This document shows positions 25,680 through 38,854 of a stretch of DNA of 64,000 nt, piece after piece. Position numbers and translations under genes: made by a program. The notes under the pieces are model-generated. The model saw only the letters and a list, made by a program, of their open reading frames with translations, did no database searches and had not been told where the DNA came from. The stretch comes from Octopus sinensis. Taxonomy: Eukaryota. Location of the stretch: NCBI RefSeq assembly GCF_006345805.1, contig NC_043019.1:14197360-14261359 (forward strand). Reading direction: 5' to 3'. Each line of letters begins with the position of its first letter. Positions within the stretch are counted from its first letter, which is position 1.

Positions 25680-26429
25680 CACCTAACCTTAACCCCCTAA
25701 TCCAAACCCTAAAACCTTAAAGCTAATACCAGTACAAACGATGTCATAAATAACAGTGACAAATGAAAAATACACCGCCGATAGATGTTGTTGACAAACA
25801 AAGGCAAAGTCAGTCAGTCACCGGCTGACACTCGCTGACGATACATCAAAGAGGCCAGGGAACAGAAGAAAGACGAAGAAAGAAGACATGCACCCAACAC
25901 CAGAGCTGAAGACACCTCCGAAAGGGAGGGGCCCACCACGTCCAAATGGTAGAGATGTAGGGACTGAAACTGGACGTGGTTCCTCCTGATGATGTCTTGA
26001 GCTAACTGGATCCTATAAAGGAGCTGTTGTGATAGCAGACCACGAAACACGGTTGTAATTCCCATGTCATTGATTGGTTGAAATTACCCAAATAGGACTA
26101 CTTTTTCTCAAAAATGCTAACAGTAAAAGATGTTTTATATAACACATTCTACCAGTGTCTGAAGTTTGAAAGTGTTTAGTTACAAAAAATTAATTTTTTA
26201 AATCTGTTCAGGCAGCGTCGATTTGATGACGAGAGTGGGCTAATGTGTGGCACATACATTCGATCACTATAAACAGATCGTTTGTGCAGATCATTAGGCA
26301 AAAAGCTGAATGCTCATACATCGTCATCGACGGGTGAGTCCATTATTATTCTGACACATTCTACCAGTGTCCGAAGTTTGAAAGTGTTTAGCTACAAAAA
26401 ATTATTTTTTAAATCTGTTGGTCAAAAGG
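25680..26429 (+). mobile_element. Core and right arm of the long-TIR element seen at 19912, interrupted by two insertions
   Basis: accctaaaaccttaaagctaa-accagtacaaacg core; arm reverse-complementary to 19912-20180; foreign inserts at about 25801-26065 and 26210-26345. Confidence 0.65.
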
Positions 26430-26907
26430 TAAATATCCAAGGTAGTAAGCTGGCAGAACCATTAGCATGCCAGGCAAAATACTTAGTGGCATTTTTGGTA
26501 AATATCCAAAATTATTACTGGAATAACCTTGAAATTTAATTTTGGAGTGAAAGGGTTAAATCAAACCCCTTTTGTTATCACACCTTTGTTGAGAGAAATT
26601 ATCTTCGTTTCAATATATTTTGAAAATAACTAAGAATTTAATTAAATAACTTTGTGTGGTTATTAAGGCCAGTGTTTGATTTGAACGTAAATTAACATCA
26701 AATATTAATGGAAGTTTTGATTTTCGGTCACCTTTACCCTTTAGCATTTAATCCAGTTATATCTGGCCAAGATATTTTAACTCTTTAATGTTCAAACTGA
26801 CCAAATCCAGCTTCTCACACCTTCCCTGCAATGTCATTCTAAAAATAAACAATTACATCATCAAAATCTCACAGCTACAAGATTCAAAACAATGTGAATA
26901 AAATACG

Positions 26908-27300
26908 CACAGGTATGGCTGTGTGGTAAGAAGCTTTGCTTCCCAACCACATGGTTCTGGGTTCAGTCCCACTGCATGGTACCTTGGGCACTACTATATC
27001 CTTGGGGCTGACCAAAACCTTATGAATGGATTTAGTAGACAGAAACTGAAAGAAGCCCATCGTGTGTGTGTGTGTGTGTGCAACTGTATTTGTCCTCCCA
27101 TCACTACTTGACAACCAGTGTTGGTGTGTTTATGTTCCCGTAACTTAGCAGTTCAGCAAAAGAGACCAATAGAATAAGTACTAGGCTTGCAAAAATAAAT
27201 CTTGGAGGTCGATATGTGTGACTAAAAAAAAAAAAACTCCTTCAATGTGGTGCTCCAGCATGGCCACAATCAAATCACTGAAACAAGTAAAAGAGATAAA
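26908..27300 (+). mobile_element. SINE family B, full length
   Basis: Head tggctgtgtggtaag, B box gggttcagtccc, tail gtgctccagcatggccaca...gaaacaagtaaaag. Confidence 0.85.
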
Positions 27301-27817
27301 AAAGAGTATTACATTTGACAGAAGAATCAGAATGCAGAAAACAGTTAGAACTGGAAGTTTGTATCATAGGATCAAGGGCTGTATCAGGTGGGGTTCAGAA
27401 AAACTGCAGCCCCTTTCAGAAACAAGCCTCGCAAGGTGGTGAAGCCGCTGCACCAAGTGCTGCTGGCTATTTTCCACAGCAATGTGTTTGCAATCATGTC
27501 CGCAAGGCGTGGCTGAACACGCCCTTTGGTCTGAGGTGCACAGCCCATTACTTCCTCCTTCTGCTGATTAATTCCTCCCCCCTATTTTTTTCTTTTTTTC
27601 TTTATTTCCTTGGTGAAATAGTTAGTGATTTTTTTTTTTTGATAATTTGATAAAAAATACCATCGTTTTGATGGTATTTTTTTCCTTTCTTTTCTTCCAG
27701 TAAAAATGTTGTTAATAAAATGGTGTTTTTAATTTGTCTTTTATAAAAAAAAGATAAAATGTCAGAAATGTTAAATTCTCAATGATAATGGCATTAATAA
27801 AGTGAAACTAATAAGCA

Positions 27818-28340
27818 TGGCTCTATGGTAAGAAGTTTGCTTCCCAACTACATGGTTCTGGGTTCAATCCCACCTTGGGCAGGTGTCATCTATAGTCTTG
27901 AGTGAATTTGCTAGATGGAAACGGAAAGAAGCCCGTTGTGTATGTGTGTGTTTGAGTGTATCTCCCGTCACTGCTTGACCAAAGTCTTGTGAGTGGATTT
28001 GGTAGGTGGAAACTGAAAGAAGCCCATTGTGTATGTGTGTGTTTGAGTGTGTGTCTCGCCACTGCTTGACCAAAGCCTTGTGAGTGGATTTGGTAGATGG
28101 AAATTGAAGGAATCCCATGGTGTGTGTGTGTTTGTTTGTTTCCTCCTCCACTGCCACTTGACAACCAGCATTGGTTTGTTTACATCTCTGTAACTTAGCA
28201 GTCCAGCAAAAGAGACCGATAAAATAGGTATCAGTCTTAAAAAAATTTTTTTAAAAAGTAACTGGAGTCAATTCAGTCAACTGAAAAAAATTCTTCGAAG
28301 TGGCGCCCCAGCATGGCCACAGCCTAATGACTGAAAGAAG
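27818..28340 (+). mobile_element. Family B SINE with an internal ~90-bp segment triplicated
   Basis: gagtggatttggtag-tggaaactgaa...tgtgtgt...cactgcttgacc recurs at about 27898, 27987 and 28078. Confidence 0.8.
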
Positions 28341-30047
28341 CCAAATTACGAAAGACACAATTACATCAGCCGCCGTTTATTATATATGGTAACAAGTGGT
28401 TACCAAAATAATTTCCAGACTAGAATCAAACAATGTTGATGCAATTGTTAACATTTGAGCCTGCATACATTACTTCATCACGATTAGCGGAAGATGAAAA
28501 AAGAACAAAAAAAGAAAGAAAGAAACAAGAAAATCTTTGCAATGACATTAACAGAAACATTATAATATTCACAAAATCTAACGCCTATAATGTAGGTGTG
28601 TTGCCATCTGATATAAGATATAGGTATGTCGTCAACTAATATTATGTGGGTGGACTGTATCTCTTGCGTAGTTTACGTAGGTACGTAAGTATTGTTGTGA
28701 GCCTGTTAACACTTGAGTACCATTCAATGGCTATTATGCTAATGTACTATTGACTATCAAAGAAAATAATGCTTGATTTCATTTTTTTTTTATTCTATTA
28801 TATTTTTTTTTTTTGTTTTTTGTTTTTTTGTTTTAATAATTGCGATTAATTCTATGAACAATTTTGTGCTTCCCTCTATCATGACGTATACATTTTTTCT
28901 CAGAAAAAAAAATCATATATCTAAAAACTATTATAGCTTATTTGTGGTGGTTTGGTTGTTTGGTTGATAGCTAATAACTGTCTGAATCTAAACGGAGAAA
29001 GGGCTGTCGTATGAAATATTACAGCCGTCTTTCATTGTACAGCGTTGGTGAACATTGCAGATTTATACTTACAACCCATGGACAATGGGCATGAAAAGGT
29101 TTCAAGTTTTGGCACAAAGACAGCAGGCTTGGTGAAGGGTCTAAGTCGATCATTATCTACACCCCAGTGTTCAACTGGTACTTATTTATTGATCTCAAAT
29201 GGATGAAAGGCAAAGTGGACCCCAGCAGAATTTGAACTCAGAATGTAAAGACAGATGAAATGCCGCTAAGCTTTTTGCCTGGTGTGCTAATGATTCTGCC
29301 AGCTCACCACCTTACAACAGACATTCAATGTTGATGATGATGAACAATGCACACACACACATACCTTTCACTTGCTTCAGTGATTGGACTGTGGCCATAC
29401 TGGGGCACCACCTTGATGAGTATAGTCAAACTAATCAACACCAGTACTTTCCTTTTTAAAGTCTTTTACTTATTCCATCAGTCTTGTTTTGCTGAACCAC
29501 TAAGTTATGGGGATGTGAAGAACACACACACACACACACACACACACACCAATGTCTTCCACTCATTTTCCATCCATTTCTAGAAATTCATTCACAAGGT
29601 GTTGATCAGTGCAGGGCTATAGTAGAAAGCACTTGTTGCCAAAACTACCAAGATACAGAGATGTGAACAAACCAACACTGGTTGGAAAGCAATGGTGAAA
29701 GACATACACACACACACACACACACACCAAGATCTTCCACTTGGTTTATCAAATTTATTCACAAGGTATTAACCAGCCCAGGGCTATTGTAGAAAGCACT
29801 TATGAATAGAAAACCTTCACACTAATGATTGTCTCCCTTTTAATAATGTAACCCTGGGCTGCTCTTATTACACTCATCAACACCACCAGTAAGGCAGATA
29901 ACCCAAATATGGCCACTATATTAAACTTTGGTGCAGAATAAACAGTAAACTCAAGCGAAAGACTGACCAGTATGGAGAAAGCTTATCAAGTCATGCCAAA
30001 GCCATGAAGAGCCATTGTGTGACAACTGACTGCAGATTATATATATA

Positions 30048-30791
30048 CTAGCATTAAAGACCCGTCGTTGCCGGGTCATAGTGCTAGTGCATGTATATAT
30101 GTGTATATATATGTGTACATATTACATGTACATCTATATATATATATATATATATATATACATCTACACATAAAATGCAAAATACAAAGTTATATCTTGA
30201 TATGGCTAGTGATAACAATACTCAAAATATATAACAGACTGGAATTGTTAGCTCTTCTTTTTTCTCTACATTGTATACTTTATAGACAATAGTCTTTTCT
30301 TTAATTTAATTTTTTATTATCCATCTGGACTATTCCATTTCTGCACGCTAATTTTATTTCTAATTTATTCCCATTCATGTGAAACCACTTACTCAAGTTC
30401 AAATCATTGATGCAATTTTATACCAATTGCTATTTTTACTTTTGTATGTTACGATTATATTATACTTTAGTTTGATTTTAATTATTACTTACTACATATA
30501 ATTCAATTGTTATTATTATTTTTATTGTTAAAGTGAAAGCATCTGACATAAAATAGAGAAGTATTTTTGTTTCACTTTTAACACGTAATACTGAAATAGT
30601 GGAGAAGATATGATATTGCTATGGGCTCGCCCTAGGCAAGAAGTTGAACATTTTTTTGCCCCTGAAACTACATGGACCCTAAGTAAGGCATGTGTAAAAT
30701 TTGAATGAAATTGGTTGTGTAGTTCTCAAGTTTTAGGGAAACACACAGACAGACAGACAGACACACATTCTCAGTTTTATATATATAAAGA
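30048..30791 (-). mobile_element. Non-autonomous Helitron (complete)
   Basis: Minus strand starts A|TCTTTATATATATAAAA followed by (CTGT)n and ends with hairpin gacccg-gcaacga-cgggtc a few nt before CTAG|T; A/T insertion site, no TSD. Confidence 0.85.
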
Positions 30792-31112
30792 TATATATAT
30801 ATGTTCACACACACACACACCACTCACACATACATATAGCTGCTCATTTGTTTTATTATGCTAGAATGGCCCAGGCAGGATTATATTTCAGGTAGGACTT
30901 TTACAACCAAATGCCCATCCTGTCCCCAACTCTTAATCATTTTTCAAGTAATAATCTGCTATGAAAACAAATGCTTGTTGAAACTGTTTATTTAGATCAT
31001 TACCTAATTAAAAATCCTTAAACTCAATTTCCAAATTTTCATCTTTATTTTATTTATTTATTTATTTATCTATTTATATATTTATTAATGTATTATTTTT
31101 GATCTTTTCCAG

Positions 31113-31208
31113 AGTCCAAATCGGAGTGAAACGAATAAGTCAGATCTGAGCCCGACCAGCGCTAGCATATCTGACACACAAACTTGGGAAAAAGACAAGA
31201 AATATGTT
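31113..31208 (+). CDS. Candidate 96-nt symmetric internal exon (SPNRSETNKSDLSPTSASISDTQTWEKDKKYV)
   Basis: Acceptor ttttgatcttttccag, open phase-0 frame of exactly 32 codons, donor gtaagg, several CpGs retained in a CpG-poor unique context. No homology recognised. Confidence 0.35.
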
Positions 31209-31754
31209 GTAAGGAGAAAAAACATGTTTTTACCATTTCTTCTGAAAATTCTGGCAATTGATTTTTTCCCTGCTGCTAAATTTTGAAATGCAGCACAAAA
31301 TTCTAATTCATTCCAAAGTTTTACCATTTTTTTTTTTTATATTATTGTTATTCATGTCTAACGATTTGTAAATACATAATAATATCTCAAGAAGCTCTCG
31401 ACTTTATTTCTCGTTGAAATATAAAATTTACTTTAGAATTATAATTAATATAGGTGACTTTATGATGAGCTGTAATAATTTATGTATTTAATTAAGCAAA
31501 AATTATTCAGGTATATTATATTCAAACGAATAATAGGTTTTGTCTACAGCTTTTTTTGTGATTTCTTTTCCAAATTTAATTCTATTTTATTAATGGAAAA
31601 TGGCTTGGCTTGTAAGTCTCAAGATGTGTAACATTGTATACAAATAAATGTGAAATATAAAGCCAATGAGTTACAGCCATGTTCACTTTCAACATCAGCA
31701 GTTTATAGTACAATTTGCCCCCGTGATTATTATCAAAATCCACAGGCTGGTGGC

Positions 31755-32415
31755 CCGTGAGGGGCACATGTGCCAGTGACAAGTAGGAAATATTCATGCT
31801 GGAGACCTGTAAAACCAGTCGTGCCTGTGACATGTAAAAGGCACCTGTGCCTGTGACATATTAAAAAAGGCATCCATGCCTGTGATACATAAAGGACACC
31901 TGTGCCTGTGACATATGAGGCACCTGTGCTAGTGACATGTAAAAGGTGCCTGCGCTGGTGACCCATAAGAGGCACTCATGCTGTTGACACGTGGGCGGAA
32001 CTTGTGCTGGTGACACGTGGGAGGCACTTGTGCTGGTGATACGTGGAAGCACCCATACAGATGACACATGGGAGGCACCTGTACCAGTGACATGTAAGAG
32101 GCACCTGTGCCAGTGACACATGGGAGGTACTCATGCCAGTGACACGTAGCAGACACCTGTGCAGGTGACACATGAGACACACCCATGCCAATGACATATA
32201 AGAGTCATTCGTGCTGGTGACACTATAGGAGGTACCCATGCCAGTGACACGTGAGAGGTACCCAGTACAATAGAGAGTGGTTGGCATTAGGAAGGGCATC
32301 TAGCAGTTGAAACCAAGCCAAAACAGCTTGTAGCCTGGTGCAGGACACTGGCTGACCAGTTCCAATCGAACCATCTGACCCATGCTAACATGGAAAACGG
32401 ATGCTAAATGATGAG
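31755..32415 (+). repeat. ~27-bp minisatellite (ggcacctgtgccagtgacacatgggag-like) running into a family D tail
   Basis: About 18 degenerate units at 31755-32265, then gagtggttggcattaggaagggcatc...gatg. Confidence 0.85.
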
Positions 32416-32659
32416 GATAAGGGCAGACTCTACAAAAATGTTGGTTTAAACATTAGGAACATAATATTTACTCCGGGGCCCCTGGGTGCTGCATTGTCTA
32501 GCAAGAAGTATTGCGGCAGCTGGCATCATTATAATTAGTGTCAGACAAGATCGTAATTATCATTTATAATGAGGTGTTTCCTGAGTAATCTGTGAAGAAT
32601 TCTCTTTCAGATCAAAGATGATAATTTATTTATTTATTTAGTGGTATGTCCTTTGTCTT

Positions 32660-32882
32660 TTTTACTTGTTTCAGTCATTTGACTGTGGCCATGCTGGGGC
32701 ACCGTCTTGAATTTTTAATTGAAGGAATCGACCACAGTAATTTTTTTTAAAGTCTAGTACTTATTCTATTCTATCAGTCATATTTGCTGAACCACAAAGT
32801 TACAGGGGTGTAAACACACCAACACCAGTTGTCAAGCACTGGTGAGGAACAAACACAGACACATAACCACACACACGTAGAT

Positions 32883-32920
<38 letters not shown>

Positions 32921-33535
32921 CCTATGTATGTGATGATGGGCTTCTTTCAGTTTCCATCTACCAAATCCACTCACAAGGTTTTGGTTGGCCTGAAGCTATG
33001 GCAGAAGATACTTTCCAAGGGGTCATGTAGTGGGAGTGAACCTGGAACCATGTTGTTAGGAAGCAAGCTTCTTATTTCTTTATTGCCCACAAGGGGCTAC
33101 ACACAGAGGGGAAAAACAAGGACAGACAAATGGATTAAGTCAATTCTATCGACCCCAGTGTGTAACTGGTACTTATTTAATCAACCCCGAAAGGATGAAA
33201 GGCAAAGTTGACCTTGGCGGAATTTGAACTCAGAACATAACGGCAGACGAAATATCGCTAAGCCTTTCACCCAGCATGCTAACATTTCTTATTTCTCTAC
33301 TGCCCACAAGGGGCTACAAAGAGGGGACAAACAAGGACAGACAAATGGATTAAATCGGTTATATCAACCTGCAACTGGTACTTAATTTATCGACCCCGAA
33401 AGGATGAAAGGCAAAGTCGACCTCGGCGGAATTTGAACTCAGAACGTAACGGCAGACGAAATACGGCTAAGCATTTCACCCGGCGTACTAAGGTTTCTGT
33501 CAGCTCGCCACCTTACCACACAGCAACTCCGGCAC
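32660..33535 (-). mobile_element. Family B SINE interrupted by a family A dimer (33073-33514)
   Basis: The B head resumes at ttaccacacagc after the A dimer; dimer junction is type 2 (agaaataagaaatgttagc on the - strand). Confidence 0.85.
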
Positions 33536-33592
33536 CTATAACATTTATTTTTCCAGTAAGCAGCCTTTATCTCATTCCGAAATAATTATAAT

Positions 33593-34020
33593 TCTTTCTA
33601 ATTTTGGCACAAGGCCAGCAATTTTGAGAGGAGGCACAAGTTGATGGCATTGACCTCAGTACATGACTGGTACATTATTTTATTGATCCAAATGAATGGA
33701 AAGGTAATGTTGATCTCAGCAGTGTTTGAGTTAAGAATGTAGAATTTGGAAGAAATGTCATGAAACAGGGAATCCGACGCATTAACAATTCTCTCATCAT
33801 ATCACCCTAATAATGGTTTCAAATTTTGCCACAAGGGCAGCAATTTTGGGGGAGGGGATCAGTCGATTACATCAACCCCAGTGTTCAACTATTTTATCGA
33901 CCTTGAAAGAATAAAGGCAAAGTCAACCTTGGTGGAATTTGAACTCAGAACATAGCGAAGGGCGAAATACCACTAAGCATTACATCCAGTGTGCCAACGA
34001 TTCTGCCAGTTCACCACCTT
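33593..34020 (-). mobile_element. Two family A type-ii-tail SINEs
   Basis: Reverse complement of the body and cccctcccccaaaattgctg(g/c)ccttgtg tail. Confidence 0.7.
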
Positions 34021-34831
34021 AATAATAATAATAATAATAATAATGCAGTACCAGGCAGTGGCTCTCGTGGCTTCTGACCTTAACTAATTTGAAGTGTTAT
34101 CATGTACATTGTTTTGTTTTGGTATAAAAGATGGGCTACAGCAAATACTCTTCTCAGTGCCACAGATCTGCTTGTTTGATTCCTGGGCCGGGCTGTGTGT
34201 TGTGTGCTCGAGCAAGACTCTTTATTTCATGTTGCTCCAGTTCACTCATCTGTAGAAATAAGTTGCAACATCACCAGTACCAAGATGTATCGGCCTTTGC
34301 CTTTCCCTTGGATAGCAATAGTGGCAATGAGAGGGGAGGCTGGTATGCATGGGTGACCACTGGTCTTCCATATACAGCTTGCGCCTTGGAGAAGTTTCTC
34401 CTTTTCCCTTTAATTCAAAGCAGATTTAGCTGCCATTTCTAGCATGCTGAGCAATTACAAGAAAAAAAGTACCTTGGTGGCTCCTAGTGCTGAGGTACAT
34501 TCAGGAGGAAGAATTCTAGAAGAGACGAGATTTCCTTTAATTAACTATCTCTCCAGACTTTGTTGATCATATTAAAAGTCAAGTAGCGAAAAAGGAAAAA
34601 CTTGACCTTTTGAATGTGTATCTTATCATCATCATCATCATCATTATTTTAATTGTTAATTTTCCATGAGGGTTGGCTATGTTTGTAGCATATATAACAC
34701 ACTGAATCTTCATGATCCTACATTGTAATCTTATCTTGCGAGACCCACCATCTGCACATCTGACCTCTGCCATCTCTTTCAATGTCTTTAACTGTTTTGA
34801 ATGATGATGATGATGATGATGATAATCGTAA

Positions 34832-35727
34832 CCTTTCTACTTTGGGCACAAGGCCTGAAATTCGTGGGGGTGGGGGGTGATTACTTATTTTATTGACCCC
34901 GAAAGGATGAAAGTTGTGCCCAGCAGAATTTGAACTCAGAATGTAAAGACAGATGAAATGCCAACAAGCATTTTGACTGGTATGCTAACCATTCTGCCAA
35001 CTTGCCACCTTAATAATAATAATGATAATAATAATAATAATAATAATGATAACAATAATAACAACAACAACAATAATAATTATAATGATAATAATAACAA
35101 TGACAATGATATCAGCATTATAATTATTATTTATTTATTTATTGCCCACAGGGGGCTAAACATTGAGGGAACAAACAAGGACAAAGGGATTAAGTTAATT
35201 ACATTGACCCCAGTGTGTAACTGGTACTTATTTAATCGACCCCGAAAGGATGAAAGGCAAAGTTGACCTCAGCAGAATTTGAACTCAGAACATAACGATA
35301 GACGAAATACCTATTTCTATATTGCCCAAAAGGGGCTAAATACAGAGAGAACAAACAAGGACAGACAAATGGATTAAGTCGTTTATATTGACTCCAGTGT
35401 GTAACTGTCTTTCATCCTTTCAGGGTCGATTAAATAAGTACCAAAGTCGAACTCAGCAGAATTTGGACTCAGAACGTAGCAGCAGACGAAATACCTATTT
35501 CTTTACTACCCACAAGAGGCTAAACACAGAGAGGACAAACAAGGACAGACAAACGGATTAAGTCGATTATATCGACCCAGTGCGAAACTGGTACTTAATA
35601 TATCGACCCCGAAAGGATGAAAGGCAAAGTTGACCTCGGCAGAATTTGAACTCAGAACGTAGCGGCAGACGAAATACCGTTAAGCATTTCACCCGGCGTG
35701 CTAACGATTCTGCCAGCTCACCACCTT
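34832..35727 (-). mobile_element. Family A type-ii copy, (AAT/AAC)n tract, and family A trimer (35135-35727)
   Basis: Three units joined by cgaaatacctatttc junctions at about 35303 and 35487; internal inversion at 35408-35442. Confidence 0.85.
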
Positions 35728-36288
35728 AATAATAATTATTATTAATGAAAAAGATAGAGGAAGGAAGGGTTAGGGTTAGGGAAAAGAGTAAAGGAATTAA
35801 AAGGACATTCTTTAATTGCATGTGCTTTGACAATTTCAGTAATCATCATCATCATCATCATCATCATAATTATCCCTCTGTCTACAGAAAAGTGTTTTTG
35901 TTAGAAAACCTTGTCTCAAGAGTTTTTGTATGAAGGTCATATCTTTTTAATCTCCCATGCCACACTTCGTTTCAAATTTACATTCATATGCCATGGACTT
36001 TCTGGATCAGTGATTAAACTCGACCTCCACTTCCCCCACCCCCCAGCAGGAACACCACCACCACCACCACCCATAGCAGATTTTTGGTTTTTGCCCACCA
36101 CATCAAACACACCTTTCCCCCTCTCACCTATAAAAGTTTCATTCAGTGTTTTTGTTTTTCAATTTTATTCTAATCATACCTCGTGTTTATTGCTGCCAGA
36201 AGATTCTTGGCATTTTAGCATTTATATCCCTAGAAATTGTTTTTCCCAAACCTGAACAGTAAAGATCAGATATTTATTGGTTTGGCAG

Positions 36289-36323
<35 letters not shown>

Positions 36324-36919
36324 AGTTTTGCTCTTTTTTCTTTTTTTCTTTTTTTTTGTTTGGTTTTAACATTTCAATTTTATTTAAGCATTAAAATAAA
36401 TTTTATCAGTCGTGTTGCTTTCAGTCAAATATTAAAATTTTTTTCTTTTTTCAAATTCTATGAACTAACTGATAAAGCAATCATCATCTGATGCCATGAT
36501 GAATATTTGCAGGATTTTCTTTAATTTTTCTTCTTATTAATCATTATTGCTTTATTTCTCATCTCATATTTAATAGCAAACTTGTTAGGATACAGAGCAA
36601 CATTTTCATGTATTATAATGAATTAAATTTCTACCTCAAGTATTTTAGGTCGTCTTGGGACAAGACATTCCATTTGTAACATTTGGACTTGGTTATTAAA
36701 TGATTTCCATCTTGTAGAATTGTGAAGGTAGCTAGCTTACTGGTTAGGGTATTTGGTTGATGATTGTAAGGTTGTGAGTTCAATTCCCAGTTGCATGTTG
36801 TGTCCTTGAGCAAAGCACTTTACTTTGCTGTGCTCTGGTTCACTCTTAGGGTAGCAGTGGTTATAAGCTGTACAACAGACTGAGTCAAGCCTTATCAGCA
36901 TAGGAATAGAGATATTTAA

Positions 36920-37086
36920 CCATTTCGTTACCAACTTGGCTGAAACCAGCTCTGGCTCTGAGTACAAATGTCTTGTTTTCATAAGTTTTGAATTAAAATC
37001 TTAGTCACAATTTATGTTCCTAACACTAGCTTAATGACTGCAAAAAAAACACAGAGCATCTCCACAGAAATAAGGTAACAAAAGGG
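36920..37086. mobile_element. piggyBac-type MITE (TTAA TSD); second copy begins at about 37111
   Basis: ttaa|ccatttcgttacc ... ggtaacaaaaggg|ttaa. Confidence 0.75.
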
Positions 37087-37477
37087 TTAAAGTCACCATG
37101 ATATTTTTAACCCTTTCAATACCAACCTGGCTGAAACTGCCTCTGGCTCTGTAGTACAAATGTTTTCATAAGTTTTGAATTAAAATCTTCCACCAAACCT
37201 CAGTCACAATTTATGTTCCTAACAGTAGCTGAATGATAGCTACATTATTTTACTAATTTCTTTGTTATATTTCTAATGAATTGAAAGAAACACAGAGCAT
37301 CATCATCATAATCATTTAACGTCCATTTTCCAAGCTAGCATGGGTTGGACGGTTTGACCGGGGTCTGGGAAGCCAGGAGGCTGCACCAGGCTCCAGTCGG
37401 ATCTGGTGTTTCTACAGCTGGATGCCTTTCCTAATACCAACCACTTTAGTAGTAGTAGTAGTAATAATAATAATAAT

Positions 37478-37687
37478 CCTTTCTACAGGAAGCACAAGGC
37501 CTCAAATTTGGGGGAAGGGATTAAGTCAATTACATGAACCTCAGTGCATAACTGGTACTTATTTAATCGACCCCAAAAGGATGAAAGGCAGAGTTGACCT
37601 AGGCAGAATTTGAACTTGGAACGTAGCAGCAGACGAAATATCACTAAGCATTTCGCCCAGCGTACTAACGATTCTGCCAGCTCTCTA

Positions 37688-37690
<3 letters not shown>
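37478..37690 (-). mobile_element. Family A SINE, type-ii tail, flanked by (AAT)n
   Basis: Full head and body on the - strand. Confidence 0.8.
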
Positions 37691-37721
<31 letters not shown>

Positions 37722-37802
37722 CTAACTTGTTGTCTCTTGAAGTCTCTGGGTGAGACTTGGAGCCAACTTGTACAAGTGTAAAGCAAAAGTCAAACATAGA
37801 AT

Positions 37803-37839
<37 letters not shown>

Positions 37840-38361
37840 CTTTCTATTAAGAGATATAAATTTGAGTTCAAATAGATCGTTGAAAAAAATAACATAGAAA
37901 TCTATATCTGACTAAAACAAATGTTAGGGTGTCATGCATGATAAAGAAAACTTTCTTGCAATTTTTTAATGGGAAGAAAATGTTCGTGCATTTATTATTA
38001 TAATTATAATGACGTCACATGTATGTTTGTGCGTATGAGCTCACTTCTGTCTCTACTACCATATGCTGTTATTGTCTCTGTTTAATCACCTAAATCTATC
38101 AAATAAATCCTTTTCACTATCTTCTCTCCATAAACTTAGCTTTTGTATTTAGTTTTTTTTTTATATTTGTCTTTGTATTTCTATTTTACTTATAAAAAGC
38201 AAGTTTATATGTTGATCGCTAATTTCACTAGATAAAATTGGTAATAAGTTAGTTTCTATTTTTTTTTTTTTTTTATCAAGTTTTCTTTGTGTGTGTGTTT
38301 TCAATTAATCTGACCTCTGCCATGCTCGCTATGGACTTTTTTTTCCTGAGAACAAGTTTAA

Positions 38362-38580
38362 CCCTTTAGTATTTAAACTGGCCATATCCGGCCAAAATAG
38401 TTAATCTGTTTTATGTTCAAACTGACCAGATCCAGGCCCTCACACCTACCCTACAATGTTATTCTACATCAAGTAATTACACCATCAAGGTCTTGAGAAT
38501 ATGAGATAATGCATGATTAATTCAAATCAATGGGAATCAATAGGCATTATATTTGATGGAATAATCTGAACACTAAAAGG
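38362..38580. mobile_element. piggyBac-type MITE, second family (TTAA TSD); relatives at about 21690-21833, 26737-26885 and 48836-49140
   Basis: ttaa|ccctttagt ... actaaaagg|ttaa; internal ctcacacctaccctacaatg shared between copies. Confidence 0.8.
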
Positions 38581-38854
38581 TTAAGAGTTGGGGTTAAATT
38601 AACTTTACAACTTCCACACTTCCAAGATTGAAATTGTAAAGATAATTTATGGACACCCTTGTATCTTGTTACTTTTAATTTCCATTCAATCTGTTTTCTC
38701 CTTGATATTTTCTATCCAAATTTCTTACTTTTGTTCTGGGAGGAAAGAAGAAACCCCACAACCTTACAGCTTTTGATCATCATTTAACATACACTTTTCC
38801 CATGCTTGCATGGCTGGGCTAGACAGAATTTCTTGAGGCAGATATTCTCATTAC

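Noticed and set aside
31755-32265. CRISPR-like periodicity and Cys/His-rich ORFs
   Set aside because: Degenerate minisatellite without spacers; the ORFs are repeat artefacts, not C2H2 zinc fingers.
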